From Andalucia godoyi And28 (lineage: Eukaryota; Protista; Jakobida): 64,000 nt of DNA. The translations under genes were made by a program, and so were the position numbers. Below the pieces are notes generated by a model. The model worked only from the letters and a program-made list of their open reading frames with translations, was not told the origin of the DNA and made no database searches. The DNA lies in the NCBI GenBank assembly GCA_009859145.1, contig VRVR01000004.1, positions 276,934-340,933 on the forward strand, written 5' to 3'. Positions 39,901 through 50,395 of this stretch are shown piece after piece. Position 1 is the first letter of the stretch. Each line of letters begins with the position of its first letter.

Positions 39901-40248
39901 ACTGACAGAATTCTCAAGTGGAGAAACCCTGTTGGCTGCCCCTCTTCGTCGACCACATGCGGTGAGGACTACTCTGTCCAGTACGCAGGAAATTGCATTG
40001 CAATGGTGTCTCGGAAGCAAGTTAGCTTTATTTGGCTGGATCACTACCCACGCATGTATCAGTATTGCATGTGTCTTCTTGCTGTCCAATCCATTGTAGC
40101 TTGGAGAATCTGCGACGATGCAAAGTCGTTGTGGATCATTGCAAACATCCACGGCAAATCACAAAAGATCGACGTGGACGTTCACAACGCATACGAGCAA
40201 CGCGTGCTTCTCGACTCAAACTTTGTGTACATGGCAGAAGAGTACTAA
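36964..40248 (+). CDS. 1094-aa hypothetical protein, beta-rich C-terminal half
   Basis: Long uninterrupted ATG-initiated ORF with no motif I recognise. Confidence 0.8.
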   Translation: MSVTSSAFQTEVVSKLNKNPCITVLVVQCEHDQECETALQELSLTSDMLSNRRFPTWKCLINPSLACVSSSGPDAVPYDGTRYSPSRRHSPTSSTASTNGQRPSPTLLVHPGKQRKICGVDVSRVDITVKASELFVLVQLEQAFLSHVGIFQVSGVSCLAHIQLIAVLSEGAAMLDPPPLIVVSTASSICVEHLSQLQGADVVRFSQPPLVELHPSIAPSIKRRTPSPLSASSFSLDLLTYAKSLSGMRSLVARSPAKSEVDILIWLSLVERFVQMFPNAQLSDTLAPSYFGSAVATSSSVLRTPYLLAAFSQYAFFCMYDTVLDFQAWGKQPMGAEHSHFSILDWTDGHVNLKTYAATGRSAAVDPLHISLQTSFSWSLPNASIVQGSALSQSLCLIRCGVQDALFIVDGSKSRDSTVAIECLLLNCFDLLRVAEDSWVALCSPRHMPRIYSIGNHNGQFQTIEVHGSPTSVVSYRLVDNYIIFKSWVSKERVDFRSCGSMESLEVDDQTSASSDTNEDDMEAPSSTCCWHILLLPSFLTSLGYSAAKWFKLSGRTPRDEDEFSDCVINGCDVQIRCWGHHFCVAFSESVFVGTYSANHDEYRCSRVSNFVRECLLLDDGHVLQWEKHPAIWSMHSVDISDSGKITVQRVVRSHDVFMVDQLCSLQNPRSIGGNSWCAIDGDDQVLRLIRVNSDRMLETASYPLTNYAIRDPWLDAKVSLIGSLLSVQTTSTISVIQVSWSTSPASVVNIPSKLHPCAFSFALGPQYGHKTLSMDCWTNWCLFDEHGNLLDKGTVASDYEAHSCTLVDDHMFMVGEAGRRWLQLESGGHPPHSATSAFVADAIQCELNVCDAFPDGRALMSSNPSLNPHRLLVCDTLTSMQSAVGSLYSHATESTLYIYSAAFWINDSEAVTIRCPCDSETTSSEIVVWRVSGKQVDRIHTMFCPLLLVRDCFRIGGDMLFLGDEYCFLWKNPSQISCTDRILKWRNPVGCPSSSTTCGEDYSVQYAGNCIAMVSRKQVSFIWLDHYPRMYQYCMCLLAVQSIVAWRICDDAKSLWIIANIHGKSQKIDVDVHNAYEQRVLLDSNFVYMAEEY

Positions 40249-40343
40249 GAGGAGGAGGGGGGAACCCATGTGTCCCTCAGCGCGCCCCACCAAGGACTCT
40301 AGAAACCCTGAGCAACAACGGCCAATAAACTGACACGTCCGCG

Positions 40344-40760
40344 CTACGGCTTCCCAACATTTTCTGCAACACGAGCTTCTGCCATTCGAGCGTTCTCCTT
40401 GTTTCGCTCCTGTCGTTTGTGAATCAAGTACGCAATGCCAGCCGCAAGCCCAAACGTTCCCCAAGCGACTCCCATCATCTTTCCGTACGCAGCCGCCACA
40501 AAGTTGAACTTTCCTCTGGTTTCCGGATTACTCGCGTGCTTTTTAACAAAGTCAAATGCCTCCTTCACATAAGGATTTGCCGCGGTTCGTCCATGCGAAC
40601 CTGCTTGCTCCAAAGCTGCTTTTGCGCCAACAGAAGGCCCAGTATTCAGAGAAGCAGCACTGCTGCTCGCATTGCTATTCGGACGCTTCTTCACAGAGTC
40701 CAGCACTTCCTGGACGTACGGATTGGGAACCGGTTTTTCTGGAGGACTTGATACTTTCAT
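40344..40760 (-). CDS. Small hypothetical membrane protein with two NPY-containing repeats
   Basis: ATG 40760 (MKVSSPPEK). Repeats NPYVQEVLDSVKKR and NPYVKEAFDFVKKH. Hydrophobic segment MMGVAWGTFGLAAGIAYLI, then a charged tail. Confidence 0.65.
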   Translation of the reverse strand: MKVSSPPEKPVPNPYVQEVLDSVKKRPNSNASSSAASLNTGPSVGAKAALEQAGSHGRTAANPYVKEAFDFVKKHASNPETRGKFNFVAAAYGKMMGVAWGTFGLAAGIAYLIHKRQERNKENARMAEARVAENVGKP

Positions 40761-41221
40761 GCTGTCTTCTTCCTCTGGTTGTTTGCTGCTCTTGTCGTGC
40801 ACTTCTGTGTCTGTGTGTGTGTGTGTGTGTGTGCCTCTCGCTCTTACCTTTGCAAATACCAAAACGGATGCAAAAATAGTATTCTCAAACACTGAAAGCT
40901 GGGAAGATGATTCGTATGGATGAAAAAAGCAGCATTTAGAGAGAAATCCCCGCTATTGAACTGGAAGTCTCCGATTTTTGGCAGCGGGTGCTTGAGCCTT
41001 TGACCGACTTGAAGCTAACAGCCGTGCAAGTTTCCACCCCGCCAGTGCGCGACTGTAGTGGACTGTAGTGGAAGACACTTAAGTGAGCCCAGATTCAAAA
41101 TGGATCGTTTTTATCGATGGCAAGAGAGACCAAGAAGAGGCAGACGGGAGGGCAGCAAGAGCAGGAGGAGGAACAGGGGAAATAGGAAGGAAGGAAACAA
41201 GAAAGAAAGCGAAAATATAAG

Positions 41222-41632
41222 ATGATTGAAGCGATTTGCATAACGGCGCTTCCTTTGAACAAACCGATTCTAATCCGGTCATTCAATCCGGCGTTTCGGC
41301 AACTTGATTTGCTTTCTGGAGTGATTTCCTCGCTGAGTCCATCGACGGAGCATGCAGTGGAGCCATGGGGACCAAAGTCACTTGTGTACGGAGCGATGGA
41401 CGATCTTGCAATCTACCTTCTTGGCTCGAATGCGTATGGAGAAGTCGCCTGCTCGGATATTATGCATCTGATGTTTAACAACATTCGACAACTCGCAAAG
41501 GAAAAGGCTCTTCGCAAAGAAAACCTCTCAATACCACAACTCTCAATGATGGTCAGTCTCATGATTGAAGACGGCGAAGTTGTCCGAAAGGACTTTCCAA
41601 CCATCAAAAAGATGATCAAGGGAAAGTCATAA
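41222..41632 (+). CDS. Sigma-adaptin-like longin protein, TSET subunit TSPOON/LOLITA-like
   Basis: MIEAICI.., SLVYGAMDDLAIYLLGSNAYGEVACSDIM..NIRQLA and GEVVRKDFPTIKKMIKGK parallel plant LOLITA (IVYTVLGDVSIYVVGKDEYDELALAEVI; GLLENTDKDRIKRLIRLK), recalled from memory. Confidence 0.7.
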   Translation: MIEAICITALPLNKPILIRSFNPAFRQLDLLSGVISSLSPSTEHAVEPWGPKSLVYGAMDDLAIYLLGSNAYGEVACSDIMHLMFNNIRQLAKEKALRKENLSIPQLSMMVSLMIEDGEVVRKDFPTIKKMIKGKS

Positions 41633-41817
41633 TAAATTTTTACATTCGTCTTTACGTGCTTTCACGCATTTTGTACACATTTATTTCAATATTAAAAATT
41701 TTAATACGCACGGGTAAAATAAGAAAAGCACAACAACGAACAGAACAAACCAGAACAGAGGGCTGTCCAGTGCTCTCCCATTATGGCGCCTATGTGTAGA
41801 ATGTGGACGTGAGTGAT

Positions 41818-42168
41818 TCAAGAAGGAGTGTCCTTGGGCTGTGGTTCTCGGATGTCCCAGAAATGCTCGGCTCCGGAAGGGTTCTTGTGCTTGAGGGTGC
41901 CGAGAATGCGGGTTTCGCGAGTTTCGTCCGGGAACACTTTGAGCTTCATGCACTCCCACATCGTCGATAGCGATTCTTGGCACGTGTCGATTTGTCCGTA
42001 TCGATAGAGCTGTGTCAGCTGGTGGCCCGGTGTGTAGCAAAACCACAATCGGTCGAAAAAGTCGACACACGCAACACGCGGACGATACGGCTTCTTTGCA
42101 TTCTCGAAGGCTTCCTTCTTTGCTTCTGGTGATGATCCCTGTCGCGGTGCTATTGCCACATCACTCAT
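41818..42168 (-). CDS. Emi1 / C22orf39 (DUF3128)-like twin-Cys protein
   Basis: ACVDFFDRLWFCYTPGHQLTQLYRYGQIDTCQESLSTMWECMKLK and a C-terminal FWDIR. First ATG is at 42168. Confidence 0.8.
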   Translation of the reverse strand: MSDVAIAPRQGSSPEAKKEAFENAKKPYRPRVACVDFFDRLWFCYTPGHQLTQLYRYGQIDTCQESLSTMWECMKLKVFPDETRETRILGTLKHKNPSGAEHFWDIREPQPKDTPS

Positions 42169-42873
42169 GAACCACAACAACTATAACCACGGAGAGACAG
42201 AGGAAAAAAAAAACAGTGAAACACCCACAAAAAAATGACGCAGTCGAACAATCAAGCGTTGCACTTTCAAAAACACTGTGCATATGGCGGTTTTGGAAAC
42301 ATACATTCTTGGTTTACAGCAGGCATCATGCGTTTTTTTGTTTCCCGCTCTCACATTTAAAACCTCCCGCCTTTCTTTCTCGCTTCCTTGGTTGTTTCTC
42401 CCTTTCCTTTTTCACGCGCTGGCGGTGCCGACTCGGCGCAGACGAAAACCCCGAACTCTGCGTCCGTGCGTATTGATTGACAAGGGTGGCCTGCGTTCTT
42501 TGGTGAAACAAGCAAGGGTTGGTGACGTCGCAAATGTTGGTTCGTCTCACCTGACGAAAATGCTGCTGCGCTGAGCATGAAGCTGGAGGAGCGCACAGCC
42601 CAGTTAACAGCGGAGTGTCGATCACGACTGACACCCACTGTTCCACGAAGTTGTCTGGTTTCTTCGGATTCGGCGAACTGGTGAAAAGCCAGTTTCTGGC
42701 GAATAGTGTCTGTGTCACGCCGTAAAAAAAACCGACACGTTACGAATACAACTCAGTCTGCATATGTTATTTACGTACGTATCAGATTCAGAACTCCAAC
42801 GCATTCGATATCGCTTCGCCCACCACCGGCCGGCGGTCGCCCGAGATGGAACTGGAACAACAGGTCGGATGGC

Positions 42874-43640
42874 TTAATCTTGGTCTTCGGACGGCGTCCT
42901 ATCCTGTGTGATATCAAACACAAAGTCTGCGAGCTTGGCCAAATCCCCGACGGCAATCTGGAGCTTCAGATCGACTTCTCCGCCTCCCATCCAAATACGA
43001 GCATCTGGCCCAAGATCTGCAATTTCCTTTGCGACAATCACTGGTATTTTGCACTTCATTCCAATGGGGGTCACTGCATTATGAATGTATCCAGAAAGCT
43101 CAAGAGACTCGGCATCCGGGGCAAGAGAATAGTACACTTGTGGCTTTCGAAGCGCACCTTTCAAAACCTCCAATCGAATAGATCGATTCAAACTCGGCGA
43201 ATTCATCTTTCCTCCCAATCCATACGCATTATCAGACACCCGAAAAAGCAACAGGATGAGTGAGAGAAAAGCACATGAAAAACTACACCCACAAGCCAAT
43301 AAATAAATTACAAAAAATAATGTAGAGTGCATACCTTTGCAGTGTAAGGCAGGACAACAAGAATGTAGCGCTGCGGACACGGCTGGTCGAGTGGGATCGC
43401 CTGGTTGGACACAATCATGGATTTGCACAAGTAGTTTTCTGCCGGAGCACCCAAAAACTCCTTGCGCGACGAAAGCGGCATATCGTAGTAATGCGAGGGA
43501 CACCGTTTGATGCGTGCCGAGCGGATTCCCATTGCAAAACACCGATTCAGAAACTCGACTGCGATCTTGTCCGTTATCTTTTCAGAAATTGCATTGACAC
43601 GACTCTCTAAATCAGACACTCTGGTCTCAATCGCTGTCAT
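42874..43640 (-). CDS. YbaK/ProX aminoacyl-tRNA editing domain protein, two exons
   Basis: complement(join(42874..43206,43335..43640)). Intron GTATGC...GGAAAG in phase 0 joins LCKSMIVSN..YILVVLPYTAK|MNSPSLNR..YSLAPDAESLELSGYIHNAVTPIGMKCKIPVIV..IWMGGGEVDLKL. Confidence 0.85.
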
Positions 43641-43682
43641 GCTTGCCCTAATTATGTTATCGCTCCTCTCAGCACCCTTCTT

Positions 43683-43814
<132 letters not shown>

Positions 43815-44247
43815 GCAAAACACCAGCTTTCCTTTTTTCCACTCTTGTTTTAACTTGGTTTGTTTTGCTGCACTGAAACTTGAGAGGAGGCCACGGAGAC
43901 TTCCAGCAAAAACGGTCGTAGAAGGAGGCTACAGCAGTTCGTATCTTGTAAGCAGCAGAAAGAGGAAGCCCGAGGGAGGTTTCGGCGCGGACACGGTCCA
44001 CATTGTAGCTACCCTACTCGGTGTGTCCAAGACTCGTTGACAAAACTGGCGCAAACAAGTACACGTATTTATTATTTTCTTTTTCTTTTTCAATTTTAAT
44101 TTTGTATGTTATTATTATATTTTTTCTTCCGTTTTCGCTATCTGTCTTTTATTCGTCGTTTTTGTCTGCTGTTTTCCTTTGTCTGGTATTCAAGGTTTGC
44201 AGCGGGGTGTGGGTGCGTGTGTGGGTGCTTCTTCTAGGTGTGTGAAC

Positions 44248-46770
44248 ATGAGTTCGGTGTTTCCAGAAACCGGCAGTCTGTTGGACCATTCAGAGCCCAG
44301 AGACGCACAGGATCCGTTTGGATCGAGCCTCATTGATGGGATCCGTCGATCTCTTGATGACTTGTTTCCAGCTGATTCACCTCCTTCGCAACGGTCCAGA
44401 ACGGTCGATCAGACTCATAATGGCGGTGGTGGGGCGAGTGCATCACTGGCGGCGGGAAAAGGAAATAGTCATGCACAACAGGAGTTTCTGATGAACGATG
44501 ACGCGATGCATCATCGCCATCCTATGGGAAACGGGATCCGTGATGATCCTGGCATGCAGCATGCAAACCATCTCCATCATCATACCCACGTTCCTTCTCA
44601 TTCTCATCGTCCATACGCGCAACAAAACACCCAACAGTATCATTTTCCGCAACAACATCATGAATCTCAGCAGTTCGGTGGCGGATTCGGTGCGAGCATG
44701 GAGATGATTGAGAGCATGTCTGCTGGAAGAATGCTTGATCAGCGCAGACCGGGTAGTCATAATCAGACGAACAGAAATCCAAAGCATGGGGACACAAGAG
44801 AAGCTCCGCAGATGTTCGGAGCGACTGTGCAGCGAAACCGTTCATACGGACACGGACATGGCCATGGCAACTTTGCACCCGTCCATCAGCAGCAACAATA
44901 CTTTCCAGATGACAGTTCTAATCGTCCTACTACTAATAATACTGGTGGCCGAAGAATGCAGGTTCATCAATATCAGCATGCTGCACGAAGTGGGCGTCAA
45001 GGTGGAGGAGGTCACCACAACGGCAACAGCAACAATGGTGGCCACGAGAATCCTGCTATTGCTGCACTGCTCCAGGTCCTCGGCGGAGGACCGCAAACAA
45101 ACAGCGCGGGAACCACAACCACGTATCCCTCGCTGGACCACCTTACCCCAGCCCTGCTTCGAGGTAGAATCAGCCAGCTTGCGAAAGACCAGTACATGTG
45201 TATGTTTCTGCAGATGAAAATCCAGGAAGGGTCCAACATCATCTGGCGTGATGCAATCTACCAAGAGATATACGACATCCTGCCGGAGATCATGAAGAGC
45301 AAATTCGGAAACTATCTCTTTTCGAAACTTTTTGAATACGCAACGTTTTCCCAGCGAGCAGCCATGATTCGGCGCACTGCAGCTGACATCGTCTCCATCA
45401 GTATTGATGAACACGGCACCTGGGCTGTGCAAAAAATGATTCAGTTCTTGATGACTCCTTCGCCTGTCGGACAAACAGTCAGCGCTGCGCTTGTCCCCAT
45501 TCTCGGTGACACGTCCTCTCGAGAGGACAGCGAGAGGGCACTCCGGTCAGCAGTTGTGGTTTTCGTGAATGCGCTGAAGGGCCATGTGGTGTCTCTTGTC
45601 AAACACTTCAATGGTAATCATGCAATTGCAAAGTGTTTGGAGCATCTGCCTCCGGAAGACAACCAGTTCATCTACGATGCGATCTCGGGAAGGGCAGTAG
45701 AAGTGGCCACGCATCAGCAAGGATGCATTGTCTTGCAGCGCTGCATCCATTTCGCAAATGAAGATCGACGAATCCAGCTGGGCCTGGAGCTTGCAGTGTA
45801 TGCCGTAGAACTGGCGCAGCACGAGTTTGCGAACTACGCGATTCAGTTTGTGGTAGCCTTGCAAAATGCTGTTCTGACGAAGGAGATTGTGTCAAAGTTC
45901 TACGGTCATATCCACCATTTCTGTGTCCATCGCTTCGCATCACATGTTGTCGAGAAAGCACTGGAATTTTCAGGCCCCGCAGTGCGCTCGGTCATTATCG
46001 GAGAAATGATTGAGAACATCCTCCAGCTGATTCGTGATCCATATGGAAATTACGTCATTCAAAAGGCCTTGACTCTCTGTGATCCTTCGGAGTTCGAGCT
46101 TCTGGCAAGCGCAATCCGCCCAAAGCTCCAACTCATTCGCAACAAGCCGTATGGCGAGAAACTTGATGCCATCGTCAACAAACAAGAAAGCAACAATTCT
46201 GGTGATTCTTCTCGATCACGTCCTCGCAGAAATGCCGCGGGAAAGCGCCCTCATTTACAGCAAACGATGTTGTTTGTTGACCCCGACACTCCGCCTCCTT
46301 CCGGCAGACACCATGCGAATGCAGCCAACCCCGCAGGCATATTTGGAATCGCTCATCCATCGGAGCAAACGGATTCCGCGGATCACAGTCTGTATCCCAT
46401 GATGTACCGCAGTCCTTTGCCGTATTCGTCACACTATTCACCTGCTTCCGGCTCCGCATTTGCAGATGTGGATTACTCTGTGCCCGCAAGTTCTGCCCAA
46501 CATGCGCTCCCCCAAGGCAATCTGCACACCCATCGAGACTCTTCCTGCGAGACAGACCGTCCTCAGTGGATGTACAATCGTGGACCGTACGACCCAGTGA
46601 ACAAGGCATCAAATGATTGGGGTGGTCCCCCCCTTGCATCGTTTCTGAATCCCTCCCGTCTCGCCCCGGTTCCGTATGTTCGTCCGAGTAGCGCATCCGC
46701 GCTCCCGCGGGACATTGCTTTTGCTCGGCCGGATGCACAGTTTTCCAAACAGTCGGCAACACGGCGCTGA
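44248..46770 (+). CDS. Pumilio/PUF RNA-binding protein
   Basis: PUF repeats with recognition motifs GNYLFSK, GTWAVQK, GNHAIAK, GCIVLQR, ANYAIQF, ASHVVEK, GNYVIQK. First ATG is at 44248. Confidence 0.92.
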   Translation: MSSVFPETGSLLDHSEPRDAQDPFGSSLIDGIRRSLDDLFPADSPPSQRSRTVDQTHNGGGGASASLAAGKGNSHAQQEFLMNDDAMHHRHPMGNGIRDDPGMQHANHLHHHTHVPSHSHRPYAQQNTQQYHFPQQHHESQQFGGGFGASMEMIESMSAGRMLDQRRPGSHNQTNRNPKHGDTREAPQMFGATVQRNRSYGHGHGHGNFAPVHQQQQYFPDDSSNRPTTNNTGGRRMQVHQYQHAARSGRQGGGGHHNGNSNNGGHENPAIAALLQVLGGGPQTNSAGTTTTYPSLDHLTPALLRGRISQLAKDQYMCMFLQMKIQEGSNIIWRDAIYQEIYDILPEIMKSKFGNYLFSKLFEYATFSQRAAMIRRTAADIVSISIDEHGTWAVQKMIQFLMTPSPVGQTVSAALVPILGDTSSREDSERALRSAVVVFVNALKGHVVSLVKHFNGNHAIAKCLEHLPPEDNQFIYDAISGRAVEVATHQQGCIVLQRCIHFANEDRRIQLGLELAVYAVELAQHEFANYAIQFVVALQNAVLTKEIVSKFYGHIHHFCVHRFASHVVEKALEFSGPAVRSVIIGEMIENILQLIRDPYGNYVIQKALTLCDPSEFELLASAIRPKLQLIRNKPYGEKLDAIVNKQESNNSGDSSRSRPRRNAAGKRPHLQQTMLFVDPDTPPPSGRHHANAANPAGIFGIAHPSEQTDSADHSLYPMMYRSPLPYSSHYSPASGSAFADVDYSVPASSAQHALPQGNLHTHRDSSCETDRPQWMYNRGPYDPVNKASNDWGGPPLASFLNPSRLAPVPYVRPSSASALPRDIAFARPDAQFSKQSATRR

Positions 46771-47174
46771 ATCTGTGAATACAGTGGGTCTTGCATTCCT
46801 GTTCCCCGCCCTGATGCTGTTCTCTCCTACCTTCTTTTCCTTCTCTGTGTGTATGTTTCGGAAGCAGATGAGATTGCGATACTGTTGTTGGTGGTCCATC
46901 ATGCTGCTTCTCTTCCGATTGCTGTTCTTTATCCTTTATCTGTATTCTTTTTTTCGTACATTAAACCCCCCAAACCGGAAATCGGCATCTTTTGACAAGC
47001 TTTTCCTTCGTCGAAAATCGAGAAACGTATGTAGTAGTAGTGGATACGAAAACCCCGAAGAAAAGAGCGTTGAATTCTCCCAATACCTCGTGTCCCACTT
47101 CTGCAGCTGGCTTCTGCTTCATTTTTTAATTAAAAACTCTGTTTGCTTTGGTCGACATCCATTCCTTGTCATGA

Positions 47175-47855
47175 ATGGAAAAACAAGAACTGATCGATGC
47201 GTTGACAAGTATAAGCGTGGAGGCGCACAACATTCCCCATGTATGCTATATGCCTTTCCATTGACGAAGAAGAACGAAGCAAGAGTCGATCATGTTTGAA
47301 CTGCTGCTAACTGTGTTTATGATTTTGTCTGTTTACGCCATCTCCTTTTCACTGTTCGTGATGTGCTGTTTATAGTGGATTCTGGAAAAAGTTCATAATA
47401 TGGCGTACGAAATTGCAGTCGATGACCACGAGATTCACCTGTACGACGCATTTGCATTGTACTCTCTCTGTGTGATCTATGATGAACTGCGAAAGCACAA
47501 TGAAGCCAAGATTGAAAAGGATGCGATGGATGCCGAGAATGATGATTTCGACCCTTCCTCGATTGATTTCGATGTGGACAGCCCATCAAGGAGTGATAGT
47601 GGCAGCGGCGGCAGCGAAGATGTCAGCCAAGAAGACGTGGGATGCAGTGAGGATCTTGACAGAACGGACGACGGCTCAGGAACCGGAATGGATCCTACTG
47701 AAGACGACAGAGAAGACGACGACGACCAAAGTGGCTCTGAGGATTCAAGCGTTGACGACGCTGGTGACGACGGTGTTTCCTCTGGCGAATCAAGCGATGT
47801 ACAGGCTTCTGAATCAGCATCCGATTCTTCGTCGGTGAATGCATCATCCTCTTAA
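47175..47855 (+). CDS. Two-exon hypothetical protein with acidic Asp/Ser C-terminal tail
   Basis: join(47175..47240,47376..47855). Intron GTATGC...TTATAG in phase 0 with internal GCTAAC gives MEKQELIDALTSISVEAHNIPH|WILEKVHNMAYEIAVDD. An ATG at 47400 is an unspliced alternative. Confidence 0.65.
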
Positions 47856-47905
47856 GCAAGGTTGTTTCCAGTACGAGGTGAATGAACACGGAAGAAAGCG
47901 GAGGG

Positions 47906-47908
<3 letters not shown>

Positions 47909-47993
<85 letters not shown>
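47909..47993. repeat. (GA)n microsatellite
   Basis: Directly visible between convergent genes. Confidence 0.95.
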
Positions 47994-47995
<2 letters not shown>

Positions 47996-48083
47996 CGTGT
48001 GTGTGTGTGCGCAGTCAATAGTAAGTTCTCATGCTCATAAATACTTATATACATTTAAACGACAAAAAAGCGACGATGACGCA

Positions 48084-49127
48084 CTATGCGGCGCCAGATT
48101 CCGCGTCAGAGTCTGGATCATCGTTACCGAACATTGCGAGCAGTTCAGGAAGGACTGGAGGTGGGCTTGGAGGGATGAATTCGAAAATTTGACGATCTCC
48201 ATCGACGCTCGAAGACACGGCCGGCCAACCTTTTCGTGAACGTAGACCGTCGCAAAAGACATCTGCATCGCGTTCCTTTTCAAACGTAACATACGCCGTC
48301 TCCGCATGGTTGCTCTCGACGACAACCGTCCGATTGGTCGAGTCAATCAGCCGGACATCTGCAATATCTTCGACGGGAAAACCACGAGCTCGCTTCTCTC
48401 GAACCGAAATCACCAAAACCTCGGTTTTCGCAGACGTCAACAGGCGCTCTGGAATTGCAATCGGTTCATCAAACTGATCCATTGTGGCCACCCGGACGGT
48501 TACAAACTTCATCGCCTTTGCAGAAGACAAGATGGAAGATAGAGAAGTCTGCGAAGACGATGCAGAGCCATACACAACTTGCAGCGCGGCCATTCCTGCA
48601 TTGATCCGTGCAACATACATCTCTTTCACAGCCATCAGCTCTCTTCCCGGGCCCGACGCCACGCTCTCGGATTTCGTAAAATCACCTGCGCCTGCGCCTG
48701 CGCTAGCAGTGGATGCAGATGCGGAACCCGGCGTTGATGATGAAACCACTGAATTGGAGCGGAGTCCAGCCTTGTACCGAATGTCCGACTGGATGACACA
48801 CAGCCGCAGTTGGTGAGTGGTTTTGCGTTCTTGATCACGACATGCATTTTCAAAATCCTCGGTGTAGCGATTCGACTTTCGAGTATACTCCCCATGAGAC
48901 ACAATCTGTGTGACACGGCTCATGTCCTGGTCGATCTCTCGAAACAGCGAGCCAAACGCACGCACAACTTCGCGCAAGCTCGGCACCTCTTCGTCGTCGT
49001 CAGTGGATCCGGGCGTTCCTCTCGAATCCATTGGAGCTGCCATTTCAAAACCAGACAAGCCATGGCTACCACGGCTGTTATGACTACTACTGTGACCTGC
49101 GACTCCCTGATTTGAATGCTGAGACAC

Positions 49128-49181
<54 letters not shown>

Positions 49182-49400
49182 CTGCGACGGATGTTTTCCA
49201 AAAGCCTCTGAAATTGCAGACACTGGGTCCAGGCGATGTGTGTGTACAGAATGAAGCTCGGGTTCCGCGTCCGGGCGAAAAAAAGGAAATACTGATCGGG
49301 GGTCAAAATTGGATCGAAACGAATAGCGTCGAACGGCTGCTGCCGCCGACTGCGAGTTCATTCTTGTTAGCGGCGGAGGCCGTTCTCGAGCTGCCGTCAT
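48084..49400 (-). CDS. Hypothetical protein with poly-His/Gln tract and possible C-terminal PH-like domain
   Basis: ATG 49400 (MTAARERPP). The C-terminal beta-strand pattern ends in the helix TAYVTFEKERDADVFCDGL. Confidence 0.7.
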
Positions 49401-49868
49401 TCCACTCCCCTCCCACTCTTCAACCCAAATGCATGAACAATAACAGCTTGTACCAAAAAGATCCAGAGCCTCATCGAAATCCGACTGCACATGGAAGGTA
49501 CGCTTTTTTATGCCTTTTTCATTATTGTCCACCGTAGTTGCATCCGTCTTCAGTTTCCTGGGAGGGCGTTTGTTGATGCAAGAACGTGATACAAACGGAC
49601 TTATTCGAAAAGAGTCCGGCAAGTGCGATAGGAAAAATCCCCCGATAGCGGCTCGCAACGATTCTCCGAAAGGCGGGGCCGCAAAGACAGCTGCTTTTTT
49701 GGTATATATACATACATATATATTTTACGTGAAACGATCGCAAAGCAGTTGGGAAAAGCCGGGGGCGTGTGGGGGTTACCGAAGGAACACTTGGAGAAGA
49801 GGAGAGCAGAAAACAGGAAGGGGAAAAAAGGAAAAACGACAATGATGATGATGTTAAACACACTGAAG

Positions 49869-50342
49869 ATGGCGTCCATTGATTATTGGTTACCGACGTC
49901 ATCCAACGCATGTGAAACAGCCTCTCCTGCGTTGGACTGTCATCCTTCGTCGCTGCGCAAACGAACTGCCGAATCGCCGGTGCTTTGGGGAGAGTTTAGC
50001 GATGTGATCAAGCGGCTTGTTTTGTCACAGAATCGGATCAACAGACTGCATCTGCAACTTCATGTTCTTCACTACGCAAATAACATCCGGAACAAAACGG
50101 AAATTGCTGCGCTGCATCGACAGGTGTCACAGCTCAAGTCCATTACGCAGTCGCAGTCTTGGTACAACCACCTTTATGAACTCATCTTGGTGACTGCGTG
50201 TGCTATTCTCGCTATGAAATGGACGACTCCGTGGACCCTCCGACTCGCCGCACTGTGTTTTATTCTATGGTACGCACGGCATCGAATGCACACCTTTGCG
50301 CCGTTGGTATCGACCGTTGCTCAACGACTTCCATTCTGGTGA
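49869..50342 (+). CDS. Small hypothetical protein with coiled coil and C-terminal hydrophobic helices
   Basis: ATG 49869 (MASIDYWLP). Heptad-like KTEIAALHRQVSQLKSI, then two hydrophobic segments. Confidence 0.65.
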   Translation: MASIDYWLPTSSNACETASPALDCHPSSLRKRTAESPVLWGEFSDVIKRLVLSQNRINRLHLQLHVLHYANNIRNKTEIAALHRQVSQLKSITQSQSWYNHLYELILVTACAILAMKWTTPWTLRLAALCFILWYARHRMHTFAPLVSTVAQRLPFW

Positions 50343-50395
50343 AGTTGTCAAATCGAGCCAATTTTTTCTGATACAGGATGTATGAGGTGCTACGA

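Noticed and set aside
47292-47375. Hydrophobic 27-codon uORF in frame with 47400 across a TAG (readthrough signal peptide)
   Set aside because: It lies within the predicted intron 47241-47375, and the TAG is the splice acceptor.
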